Assembly (NCBI GenBank): GCA_001600815.1 | Contig: BCKZ01000011.1 | Coordinates: 703,224-767,223, forward strand | Direction of reading: 5' to 3' | Origin: Alloascoidea hylecoeti | Lineage: Eukaryota | DNA: 64,000 bases | Part shown: one piece after another, positions 12,336 through 23,629 of the stretch | Position numbering within the stretch: position 1 is the first letter of the stretch | How the letters are laid out: every line of letters begins with the position of its first letter | The notes under the pieces: generated by a model | The model's input: only the letters and a program-made list of their open reading frames with translations | What the model was told of the DNA's origin: nothing | The model's database searches: none | Made by a program: the position numbers and the translations under genes

Positions 12336-13379
12336 TTATTTTAGAGGGAACGTTAACGTTTGATTCAGATCCGCTAATCGATTGTTTTGTTTTCTAACAT
12401 TTACCCTACTTGCAAACACAATGTCATTCCCACTTTATATCATTCAAGGTCAACTCAAAATTCATAAATTAATTTAATAAAAAGAATAGATTTGTATTTG
12501 AATGTTCTTAAAATTGTACGTTCCATGTGAAGCAAGCCTAGGAGGTTATCCAATTCTTGAAGCCACCCGCTTATGGCACACTTCCAATATTGCTAAGAAA
12601 TATTTTCGTAGGGAAAAAGCTAATCTACCAGCGGAACTAAATTACCATTATGTATATGGCCAATTTATTTCACAAAATCATTTTATTAGAACTTAAACAC
12701 ACTCGACAATTATAAACTGGGATTTGGGACTAATTGATCGTATGTATTCCTGAAAGACGTTTTCATTTTGTCCACCATACTTCACTATAATTATTGCTAC
12801 GTGTGCCATCTTAAAAGTCTGCCAAATATACAAAAACATATTTTTAATAAATGTTTATAAATTTCAATATTAACAAAATATATACCCAAGAATAATAATA
12901 CAAAAAACCTTCACAAATAATAGTACATTTAAAAAATATGTATCTTCAAGAGAATAAAACAAGTAAAAATGTCAAAAACAACAACCAAAAAAAACCAAAA
13001 GGAAACAAAGTTTCATATAACTTATAAGCAACAAACAGGATTCATATGATATGATCAAGAAGAATCATAAAAAATAATCTGCAATAAACTAGATAACTTA
13101 ACTAAGAACCATTTCCTTCTTCCCTTTTCTTCTTCATTAATATTCGAATTCGCATTTTTTCAATATCAGTTAACAATTCAATGATTATTTTCAACAATAT
13201 ACACAAGGAGATGAGCCAAAAAGAAAATAAACAAATAAAAGAAAGAAAGAAAGTAAAATAAATAAAGTTGATGAGCCAGAACAAACCCCATTGAGGGATT
13301 TAAATAAATATAAAGAAATCAAATTGCAAGTTTATAGACCACCCTCCTTCATGATTAATCTTATCCCATTGAAGAGACA

Positions 13380-15362
13380 TTATACTTCTTCAATTTTCTT
13401 CTCATCCATAGTGTGGTTAACATTTTCATGAATAGTATCATGTTCATTATATTCATCGTAAGAATATAACCTAACGGTACCGTCATCACTACCGCTTGCA
13501 ACGCAACTGTCACTTATTTCTACACTTAAAACCGCTTCATTATGGCCACCCATTGTGAACATGCATTTTCCAGATGCGATGTCCCAAATTTTAATTAGTT
13601 TATCATGACCGCCACTAACAATTCTGAAAGTATCAGCAGCAATATCCCAGACGCCTTCAACATGACCATACATAGTACGTAAACAAGTTGCCGTTTTAAT
13701 ATCCCATAATTTAATTGTTGCATCTAATGAACAAGTTAATAGATATGTTGGTATTGATGTTGATGATGCTGGTGATGTTGAATCAAAATCTTCACCTAAT
13801 GATAAAGGTATAGAATTTTGAAAATTAGATTCACCTGGCACACAAATACCATTATTATTATTAGCATTTTCATTCTCATCACTTCTATTATTATTTTGAG
13901 AATTTGAACTTAAATGCAATTTTTCCAATTCAGCACCTAGCTCGCCTTCTAAATGACTTATACTAACAGGTATAACACACTGAACAGGACCTAAATGACC
14001 ACCTCCGCCAGGACCTGTTGCCTCTGAACCACCTTTAAATACTCTAAGGCACTGTTTTGTTGTTAAGTCCCACATCCTAACAGTCGCATCTTCACTAGCA
14101 CTGAATATGGAATTTGTTGGTGAATGAATCTTAACACTTGTTACCCATTCAGTGTGACCACGTAATGTGAAACAGGTTCTGTTTTCAACTAGCCAGATTT
14201 TCACGGTACAATCAGCGGACCCTGATATAATCGTAGTGTCTTTAAAATCAACAGATGTTACAGGGCCTTCGTGGCCACTATAGGTTGATATGCATGAGCC
14301 ATTATGTAAATTCCAAACCTTTATTGTTTTATCTAATGAACCACTAATCAGTTTTTGATCATCAAATTGTAGTGAGCGCAAAGCACCGGAGTGACCCTCT
14401 AAAGTTCTTATAATTTCACCTGTTCTAATATTCCAAATCTTTATTGTTGTATCATATGAGCCAGTAATTAGTAGCTTGTGATCAAATCTAATGCATGTTA
14501 TACCATCGGTATGACCCTTAAACACGCGTAAGGTATGATTATTTTTACGCCAGTTGGTTTCGACTCTAAAACGTTCAGAGTACACTTCTTTCCATGGCCT
14601 TGTTTTGCGTATTTTTTTAATAGGTGGTAGAGGTGGAGCTGGAATCTTCCTTTTATTATTAATGTTGATAGTTTCAGGAGTGTTTGCAGAATGAAGATCA
14701 TGGTCGCAGTGAGGGATATTAGAAGTTTGTGATTGCCTATATCTCGCCATATGCATTAAAGGCAACCCCCATCCACATTTAGGGCATTTTCGGTCAATAT
14801 GTTGTATACATAATTTATGCCAAACTCTGTCATCATCAGCTAACTGTTTCCACCTATGAGATACCTGTGCTGCTCTACAAACCGATCCGGAATCTAAATA
14901 GCCGATTATTTTTAAGGACACTTCAGTTGGTAGCGCGGTCAAAAAATCAATTTTGATTAAATCTTGTAAAGACTGAGCAATGAAAGATAACTGAGGGAAA
15001 CAGGATTGAGATAAGATTCCTTTCAAAATGAGAAGTCTCTGCAAATGGGGAGCAGCACTAAATATAGACCATGTATGTGTTATGGCCTCTTGGTCGGTTT
15101 TCGGCAAGTCGTCCAAAGATTGTTGGATTTCTTCCATTCTAGTTTGATCAGCTTTTCTGTTGCAAGTGAAATCTGGGTTGTGTCTGTAACAGTATTGGGT
15201 ATTGTTGTGGGTCTGTATCTTGGGTGGGGCCGTTAGAAACGACAGTTCTCGTGATCTATCCTGGGCATGTTGTGTTAGGAACGGAGCTACAGCATCCGAG
15301 GAGGTGTGTTTGGAATCTGCAGGAGCATCACATGACACAGACAAGTCGACACGCTTGCTCAT
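13380..15362 (-). CDS. MET30: F-box/WD40 sulfur-metabolite repression protein (Met30/SconB)
   Basis: YCYRHNPD, DFLTALPTEVSLKI F-box, LADDDRVW..LCIQHIDRKCPKCGWGLPL, and multiple GH...WD repeats. Confidence 0.92.
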   Translation of the reverse strand: MSKRVDLSVSCDAPADSKHTSSDAVAPFLTQHAQDRSRELSFLTAPPKIQTHNNTQYCYRHNPDFTCNRKADQTRMEEIQQSLDDLPKTDQEAITHTWSIFSAAPHLQRLLILKGILSQSCFPQLSFIAQSLQDLIKIDFLTALPTEVSLKIIGYLDSGSVCRAAQVSHRWKQLADDDRVWHKLCIQHIDRKCPKCGWGLPLMHMARYRQSQTSNIPHCDHDLHSANTPETININNKRKIPAPPLPPIKKIRKTRPWKEVYSERFRVETNWRKNNHTLRVFKGHTDGITCIRFDHKLLITGSYDTTIKIWNIRTGEIIRTLEGHSGALRSLQFDDQKLISGSLDKTIKVWNLHNGSCISTYSGHEGPVTSVDFKDTTIISGSADCTVKIWLVENRTCFTLRGHTEWVTSVKIHSPTNSIFSASEDATVRMWDLTTKQCLRVFKGGSEATGPGGGGHLGPVQCVIPVSISHLEGELGAELEKLHLSSNSQNNNRSDENENANNNNGICVPGESNFQNSIPLSLGEDFDSTSPASSTSIPTYLLTCSLDATIKLWDIKTATCLRTMYGHVEGVWDIAADTFRIVSGGHDKLIKIWDIASGKCMFTMGGHNEAVLSVEISDSCVASGSDDGTVRLYSYDEYNEHDTIHENVNHTMDEKKIEEV

Positions 15363-18300
15363 CCTTCTACTTCTTTGGTCTTTCGAGTTGTGAAGAAGAA
15401 AAAAGGAAAAGATGGAAAAGTCACTTCTTTTTAATAAATTTAGAGTATGCTCAGGTCATGTGATGTGGCGTAAGTGGCATACATGATGAAATATACGCAA
15501 TCATGCTTATATTTACTTAAAACAGCCACCTTGGTTTATGCAACTTCTGTGAATATGAACCAAAATCACGATTTATTCCACAATAGTTTTATTCGAATAC
15601 ATTCTTTACTATATCATTTGTGTTTTATAAGATGAAATTTCACGAGAAGCAATTAATAAGTTTTTCCATTCTTTGAAGACAATTGCAAGATATATATCAT
15701 GAATAATATTATAACTTAAGCTTGGTTAATTGATAACTTCGTACGTACTCGTTACAAGCTTGGTGAGTTGGAATTCAAGGTTATATGATCTTATGATATC
15801 GGAGCTTGAAATATACATTTAGTGAAGAAGTTGATTGATCGGATTGCGCAATTTATGGATATATGACAACTTAGATTTCTAAGTATGCATTAGTTTTATC
15901 AAAATTAAAAGAAATCGTGATTGATTCTTTGTTTATCTTAATTAATTGATATTTGATGATAATGAAAGACGTGGACTTAAATCTTAGTCCCAAAATTAAT
16001 GACTTTGCTTGATTGCATATACAGTAAATTGCTGAAGTATTATAAAATGGTTTACATACATACACTAAATATTTTCTACATGCTTCTCATAAAATTAAGT
16101 AAAATATTATGTTGTGCAAAAGAATCTCAAGTGCAAGTTACAGTTTAATCAACCTAAGCTTTATATTAATTGAGTTTAATTGTAAGTGTATATATAATTA
16201 AGCTTTACTATGTGGTAATCAACTATAATTAGTTGTTCAGTTAAGAATATCTGATGGGACGTACCGCACGGGAGATAATTGTTTTATAGGTCTTAAAAGT
16301 GTATTAATTATCTCTATTGTAGTACAATAGTAGATCTAGATATTATGTTTGATATATTTAAAGGGCGCCAGTTTTTTATTGGGCATTACAAATTATAAAA
16401 ATTCAATTAACAGCCTCAATTTCCATCTGATAAGACTAAAGGATGTAATCATGAATTTCTTTAAAAAATTGTAATGAATATGGAGTTATCAATTACAGAA
16501 TCAATTGCAAGTTATTATTCTGTGTCAAGATCTGGAGATATTGATATTAGTCTTCAAATATCAGACAAAAAATTATTAATTGCTCCTATGTCTTTTTTGA
16601 TATAGTCTATCAAATTTAGAAACCTGTACGACTTCGTTAAGGTTGTTATTGTATAATTAAATTAGATTAATAGAAGTCGGGTTTATCTACAGAATTTGAC
16701 CGATGGCTAACTTCAATTTGAAACATCGAGCTTGGGTATATCTGTCGCGGCATGGCTTACAGAATTGATCATGAAAAGGTCTTCTAAATGGTTTTATTAT
16801 AATGTTAATATAGTAGATATATAATCTACATATTACATATAGGTATGTCTTATAATTTATAACTATCTTGGCTATAGGAGATAACGTACAAGTGTAATGG
16901 TATATGGTAAATCTGTCCAACGCCATATATTTTTAACTCTGCTATCGAGAATATGTCATTATGTAGCACCGCTGAATTTACATTCTATTTTTCTTTTCTT
17001 ATTTGTCTTTGTTCTATTATAGCGCGGGTAAATGGACCGGTATTTAGTGGAGGATCCGGACTTTAGCTATAATTATAGCTATAACCTTAAAGTCTTATAC
17101 TTACATAATATAATATATTTACATTGTTTGACAAATAGGCCTATACAATACCTATATAAGTTATATCATAAATGTTTAAGAAGTAGGGCCTATAAGGCCA
17201 TGTACAACGGTGAACTAGTTTACTCTGAATTATTGTAAGGTATTTTATTATTCTTTACTAAAAGGTACCCCCTGCATGATTTAGCTGGCTATGCTACACA
17301 CCGATGCTCAATAAAAATGAAACTAGCTCATCAAACACGTGAATGATTATATAATCACGTTATTATGTAATATCACACATATAGTAGTATGTAGCAAAGC
17401 ATATTACTTCATCTGTATGCCATGGCATATGTTGGTTATGGAATTGCCCATAGAGGATTCATGCATGCATCAATCCATTGGATTTGTGGGTCTAAGTTTT
17501 TGCTAAATCCAGTCAAAAACTTAATCCATATTACATAAATTTAGTCCCTCTTTAACGCCTCCGACAATTAACACATGCGTGAGACCACAATTGAATAGTG
17601 CAGTTCAATACATACTATCACATATTTGACTAGCACATGGCTTCAGTTACCTACTATATATGTTTTGATCACGATTATCAGGCATATGTACCGTAATACC
17701 AGGTGTATACATACTATGCATACGCATACTACACCCTCTTTGATGGCTCGATTCAATTAATATTAAAAGCAAAGTTTTAAGGAGACAGTGAGACTATTTA
17801 GTTACGGATACATGTACCTGTAACTTCAGGGGGACTGAAGTGTTGGCCTCGAATAACTTTTTCTACTTTACGTGCTACCATGCCTTTTAAGTTTGAAGTC
17901 GCAGGGTGGTGATGTCACCATATTGCGGGGTGGTCCTCAAGGTCATGACATGACTAGTTATTTGGTATAATTTATAACTGTGTAAGTACTAAATACCGAT
18001 TGTCTTTCATTTTGCTTAATCGAAAGGACACTAACGTTAACTTTGAAAGTAACTTTGCAATTGACTTCATGAAGGTAGTCTCACATTTAATCGGGCCCCG
18101 GGTCTTGAGATTTTCTGTTAATTTTCATCTAGCTATGCCCTTGTCACTCTGAGCTTGTCATTGATCCTATTTATCTGGTATTAAGTTAAAGGGTTGAATT
18201 TTGAGTTCATTGAATTTAAGGTTTTCATTCAATTTAAATACGTTAGCTGGTTATTGGAGATTCTGTTGCTATTTCTTTTCATTATAGGATTCTTTATCGC

Positions 18301-18612
18301 AGTAGTCATATTCCAACGTAACGAGACTCTTTCCAGTCGGAGTAACTGGTGTCCATCAAGGAAAAGTATTATAGTTCAATGGGAGTTGGTTTGGCCCAAA
18401 ATATTTCTCATGCAGGTGTTCGATCGATAATTAGTGCAACAGTACTGATGTAGCGTTAGACAGGTAAAAGTATAATCCCTACTCACCACGTGATGCGTAT
18501 CTACAGGCCCCACACCTGCGCCTGCATGTGAATTTTTAGCCTGTATAAATACACAGAGTAAGCAAATCATAAACTCCTCAGACTCACCAATAGAGGCGGA
18601 AATAAAACTGTA

Positions 18613-19563
18613 ATGGCCAACGAAACGACCTCGATTGAGACCCGACTTGAGTTGATTCAGCTCGACGAAACTACTTTCCAGAATAAACATCATTTATGGC
18701 CCCCAATGGGTGGGAAAGCCATTTACGGTGGCTGTGTTGTTGCTCAGTCTCTGCTGGCGGCCATTATGACCGTTGACCCAAGGTTACGACCTCATTCTCA
18801 ACATTGCTATTTCTTGCTTCCAGGTGTTCCTTCGGGGACCATCACCTACAAAGTCCAAAAATTAAGAGATGGCCGTTCTTTTTGTACAAGAATAGTTGAT
18901 GTGGTCCAGGACGACAGACATATCTTCAGTACAACTATTTCTTTTCAGGTCAAAGCCAGAAATAAGAATACCCTTAAACATCAAGAAACAATGCCAAATG
19001 TTCCAACCAGACCTGATGATTCAGATACTCCAATAATGCAAATGGCTTATCCAAGGCCAGACGCAATTCCTGGTTCTCCAGAGTCCTTATATGATGTGGG
19101 TGATTGGAAATTTGCTGATCCAACAAGTTTCCGTGTCCTTAATAAAGAAATCGAAAGTATATCTGCGGACAAAAGGAGATCAAATATGTGGATTAAATCA
19201 TCAAAAACAGTTATAAATCCAATCTTTCATCCAATCACTTTAGCTTATTTATCCGATGGCTTTTTGATTTCTGCTGCTGTTTTAGCAAATAATAAAATTT
19301 GGGGCCAAGATACAAGTATGACTTTTTCTCTGGATCATATAATTTATTATCATGAGCATAATGACCCTGAATTACCAAAAGAAGAACGATTTAGAGCTGA
19401 TGATTGGCTATTATATTCAGTTAGAACACCATGGTCTGGTGATAATAGAGCTCTTATTATTGGTGAATGCTTTACTCAACGTGGTCAATTGGTCGCAACA
19501 GTTATTCAGGAAGGTTTAATCAGAATGAAGGAAGATGAACCTTACAAAAAGGCTAAATTATAA
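18613..19563 (+). CDS. TES1: Peroxisomal acyl-CoA thioesterase II
   Basis: IYGGCVVAQSL, HSQHCYFL, LRDGRSF, LAYLSD, SLDH and QEGL motifs; C-terminal PTS1-like AKL. Confidence 0.9.
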   Translation: MANETTSIETRLELIQLDETTFQNKHHLWPPMGGKAIYGGCVVAQSLLAAIMTVDPRLRPHSQHCYFLLPGVPSGTITYKVQKLRDGRSFCTRIVDVVQDDRHIFSTTISFQVKARNKNTLKHQETMPNVPTRPDDSDTPIMQMAYPRPDAIPGSPESLYDVGDWKFADPTSFRVLNKEIESISADKRRSNMWIKSSKTVINPIFHPITLAYLSDGFLISAAVLANNKIWGQDTSMTFSLDHIIYYHEHNDPELPKEERFRADDWLLYSVRTPWSGDNRALIIGECFTQRGQLVATVIQEGLIRMKEDEPYKKAKL

Positions 19564-19587
19564 TTGTATATATTTATACTCAATAAT

Positions 19588-19830
19588 TATGAAAACATAC
19601 ATGTGAATGAATATCAATTATATTGTATTTTTTTATATTAGAAATATATTTAAAGTTATTGTTTTTCTACTTTCTTTTGGTTTATAATTAATTTTAGATC
19701 TTTATATTATGAGTATATATACAAATGAATGGATATCATTTATATTGTGTTCTTTTATATTAGATATATAAAAAAAGTTATTGTTTTTCTACCTTCTTTT
19801 GGTTTTATATTATATTTTGTTATTAGTTCT
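19588..19830. repeat. Degenerate tandem duplication, about 120-bp unit x2
   Basis: Both copies share tgaatg(a/g)atatca.ttatattgt.tt.ttt(t)atattaga and aaagttattgtttttctac.ttcttttggttt (copy 1 ~19588-19706, copy 2 ~19707-19830). Confidence 0.8.
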
Positions 19831-20706
19831 AGATATTATGAATATTTGAGCTCATTTCTGCCGTGATTGTGAGTATGATTCCAAGTATCTTTTTCAATTG
19901 ATGACACCTTTATCTTTTTTTTTTGTTTGCTATAATTAGCTATACTGTAGATCTAGTTGCAATTGTAAGAATTTAGATATTTATCTTAATATTATGATAC
20001 ATAAACAAGTCAGATTTTGTACAGCTGTAGATATAACGCTAGCTATAAGGATGTGATAAGTTTGAATATTGTTATTGTTTTATAATGCTTTGCTTACGTA
20101 CAGTCGGAACAATGGATATGTACATTATAACTGTCATAATATAAACGTTGATAGTTATAAGCAATAATTTTATGTATATTGCAATTGTGACCCAATGACT
20201 CGCCATATCGATCGATATCATGACGACCCTAAGATTCTATTATTTAATTTGTGTGCTGTGAAGTTTGAACACTGAGCAGCCAGAAAGAAACAATCTTACA
20301 GTTGCTCGCGATCTATAAATAACTAATTGTAATCACGATCGAACTCAATTCGTAATAGTCGTACTGTCGTACCCATAGCCAAAAGCTTATATGTCATATA
20401 TATTAAATACAGAAAAAGTACATGTATAAGCTTCTACTTTGATATACACACACCTCTCTCATATATACCCCTATGAAAAGTATATATAATTTATGAGACC
20501 AAAAGTCATAATTAATATTAACTTAATATTAATATAATAGCTAAAACATAATCAATCTTTGTATATAAGCGTAATATAAGCATGACCATGGTGAAGATGC
20601 TATTTATACTCTTTCACTTGATAATCATAAAATCGTCCTTACTTTCGTATCCATAATTGTCATTTAACTGCCTATGCATAGTACATGTCTTCCCAAACTT
20701 TTAAAC

Positions 20707-21600
20707 TTATACTATGGTAACTTTTTCAATCATCCCATTGTTGATCTCATTTTCTACCTCATCTATGATTTTAAGAATAACAATTTGTATTAATTCTTTT
20801 GCTTGGGCATTAAACCAAACTTTTATTCCTTTATCATTGAATTTACAATTCATAGGTAATTGAATACATTTTTGATAACTGGTGGAATTTATATTGTTTA
20901 TAAAATACTCTTTTCCCTTATTCTGTCTATCTTTCTGGGTAAACGATTTAATAGAAATTGTCAATTGATTTGTATTTCTATTGAAAATTAACTTCAGATC
21001 TTTTTGATAATCAAGATTATCTGATATTAACCATGGCTGGTACTGATTTTGATCATTTGTATAATAATTAGAAGGAGTAATAGTTATATTAATTTTACAG
21101 TCGTTTGGAGACTCTAAAATATTTATATTTATATCTTCTTGAGACATCAAATTCGAAATTGATTCATATGATGGTTTCATATAATTATTTGCGCCAATTT
21201 GTTCATATGGTTGCTTTTTATTATGAGACTGTTGATTATTATGGCCAAATAATTTATGATAAAAATTCACCTTATATGAACTTTCTCTTTTGCTTCTTTG
21301 CGATTTAACCAAGTTAATGTTTTCAAGTTCATATGAATCTTTAAATGTTGCTTCAGAATCATTTGCAATTGATCTATATATTTGTAGTTGATTATTTTTG
21401 TTTTCAATTGATGTATTCTTTCTAAATTCATTATCATTCAAGTATCGATTTAATAAAGATGATGAAAATGGGTATTTACTAAAGTATCCGAATATATCCT
21501 TTTCAATTTGATTATGGAAATTTTCGATTTGATCATGAAATTTAAAGTTAGTTATTGTATTAAATGCCGATTCGTACTGTTTATTAATATTTTGATTCAT
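20707..21600 (-). CDS. Divergent small heat-shock protein (HSP20/alpha-crystallin domain) with a long Asn-rich N-terminus
   Basis: First in-frame ATG is at 21600. The C-terminal part INILESPNDCKINI...KDLKLIFNRNTNQLTIS...SYQKCIQLP...DKGIKVWF...IQIVILK...EKVTIV parallels the Hsp26 strand pattern and ends in an IxI/V-type motif. Confidence 0.6.
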   Translation of the reverse strand: MNQNINKQYESAFNTITNFKFHDQIENFHNQIEKDIFGYFSKYPFSSSLLNRYLNDNEFRKNTSIENKNNQLQIYRSIANDSEATFKDSYELENINLVKSQRSKRESSYKVNFYHKLFGHNNQQSHNKKQPYEQIGANNYMKPSYESISNLMSQEDININILESPNDCKINITITPSNYYTNDQNQYQPWLISDNLDYQKDLKLIFNRNTNQLTISIKSFTQKDRQNKGKEYFINNINSTSYQKCIQLPMNCKFNDKGIKVWFNAQAKELIQIVILKIIDEVENEINNGMIEKVTIV

Positions 21601-23338
21601 TTTGTGATATTTATCTATAACCAAAAAAATGAATTGAATAATGAGAGTAAAAAGGAAAATGAGAATATTACGAATTCTGGCTATAGTAAAGCATAATAGA
21701 GATACTTATAGGTAAAGTAAAACAGCTATATCTTCTTTAAAATCCTTCCTGATATATAAATTATATGCTTCTAGATCTCTTTATTTTTTACTATGAAGCT
21801 GTTGTCATGAAAATAAAAACAGTCATGGCCAATAGAATTCGAAATTATAAGAAAACTCTAGATCATAAAAATCACCGTTCCCTAAGAACCAACTTAATAT
21901 ATTAATTTCGCGTAATAATAAAAGTAAAACTGCTAGTTCCACGTCATACATAGCTTATTTTTACCAATCGAGTCATCGTTTGCTTATTATCCTATATTTC
22001 AAATTGTCAGCTTTAGCTAAGTTCATAGTAGCCGAAGTAACAGTTATTATGTTAATTAAGTGCTTCTTAATGGACAAGATCATTTTTATATGGTGTTTCC
22101 ACTTAATTTAGGGCCTTGACTAATTAAACTTTTCTATACTATAAGATAGAGCCGTCATTGTGGGATCTGAAAAGACAGAACAGTCTCAGTATAAGATCAT
22201 GACGAATGATATCAACTTCCAAGATGTGATCGTATAAACATCTATTGGATTCTAAAACTGATCTTTTTAATGAAAGAGTGTCTCTAATATTCAAAGGATG
22301 ACATTTGGTGGAGTGCTTTCCAACTTATCTGCCGAGGCAAAATTGAAGTATTACGTTGCCATTAAATTTTATGTTGGATTTGTAAAAAATGCTGCATTGG
22401 GATAAGTTTTATGTAGGTCATTGTTGTCGCTAGGGATGATTTTGAGGTTAAGAAATGTTTGCAATTAATTGCGATTAAAAAACAACTATAAATTAATGAA
22501 CATCCTATAGCTGTAGTAATAGTTACCCAAAAGTTAGAAGTTCAAAGAAACAATAAATTTAAAACAATGAAAAACAAAAAATGCATTAAGTTATAACTTA
22601 TAGCGAACAACGCTGAAAGTATAAGAAATGAAAGGAGTAGAGAATTGAAGCTCATGGATATAACCTGTAGTATGGATTATTATGAAAGCTCACATTAGTT
22701 ATAATAATGAAACCCCCGAAAACAATATGATCACGGATTTGGCTTGTTGATCAATTATTACGGGAATCAAGAAAATCCTACAAGTCTACCAATATGTCCT
22801 TGAGGCTATGTAGGGACTGTGCCATCAGTTATTTAATTCACAAATTTAAGATATTGGAGCAGATTTGTTTATATAGGGATGGATGAGAGATTAATTAAAA
22901 CATGATTGATAGTTAATATAATTATATTGTCTGTATTATTATTCATATCGTATGAATATGAAGACTATTCCAATAGCATGATATTTATTCATTATTAGAT
23001 TAAAGCGATAATACACATATTCGCCCATGGAAAGAAAAAAGATCGGTAAGGTATAGGTATTTCAGCACCGATTAATGAACATGAGGTTGAGTTATATTAT
23101 AATTGTTTAGTTTTGGAAAGTACTCAAGTTAATACTAGTACTTTTAACTATTCATTTAAGATTAGACCCTAATGGTAATTTTCCTATTAGATTTGATTTT
23201 ATTAATTTAGTCCAAACAGAAATTTAATCTATATTGACTTATTAACCATGTACCAACTTATAAGTAGAAATGCCGGAAGATAGCGAAGAACTGTTAGCTA
23301 AAGTCTGCTACCCAACTCTAGATCTTTCATTAATATAA

Positions 23339-23629
23339 TCAGTAACCAATAACATTAACATATAATTTCAAACTCCCTTGATCATCATATTCAGCATGCA
23401 CATTTCCATCATATTTCCATAAGGATGGTAAATAAATATAATAATAGTCACCGATGCCCTTATTTATCTTTAATCCAATTCTAGGATAAGTGAAATAAGC
23501 ATCAAAAAACAAATTTGCAGATTTCAAATGCAACTCGGATCCTTTTACAGTTATACCGATGAAATGATATGGTGTTGATGATGCATACGTATAATCCATC
23601 GATATCTTAAAAAGAGAAGGATTCACCAT
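23339..23629 (-). CDS. Small 96-aa orphan protein, possibly a minimal HSP20-like beta-sandwich
   Basis: ATG start with a TA-rich tract about 25-35 nt upstream. The end IYLPSLWKYDGNVHAEYDDQGSLKLYV resembles the HSP20 'LP...v.A.y.nGvL.i' signature. Confidence 0.5.
   Translation of the reverse strand: MVNPSLFKISMDYTYASSTPYHFIGITVKGSELHLKSANLFFDAYFTYPRIGLKINKGIGDYYYIYLPSLWKYDGNVHAEYDDQGSLKLYVNVIGY

Noticed and set aside
15440..15510. Met4/MetR/Cbf1 sites upstream of MET30
   Set aside because: Only partial matches (TCATGTGA, GTGGCGTAA); no exact TCACGTG or ATGRYRYCAT.
17492..17524. Hairpin TAAGTTTTTG...CAAAAACTTA
   Set aside because: A 10-bp AT-rich stem is expected by chance in this base composition, and there is no other support.
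21760..21870. Heat-shock elements upstream of the sHSP-like gene
   Set aside because: GAA/TTC units are present but do not form a clean nGAAnnTTCnnGAAn array.
22050..22900. Possible pseudogene between the two sHSP-like genes
   Set aside because: Slightly coding-like composition, but no recognisable motif in the frames I translated.
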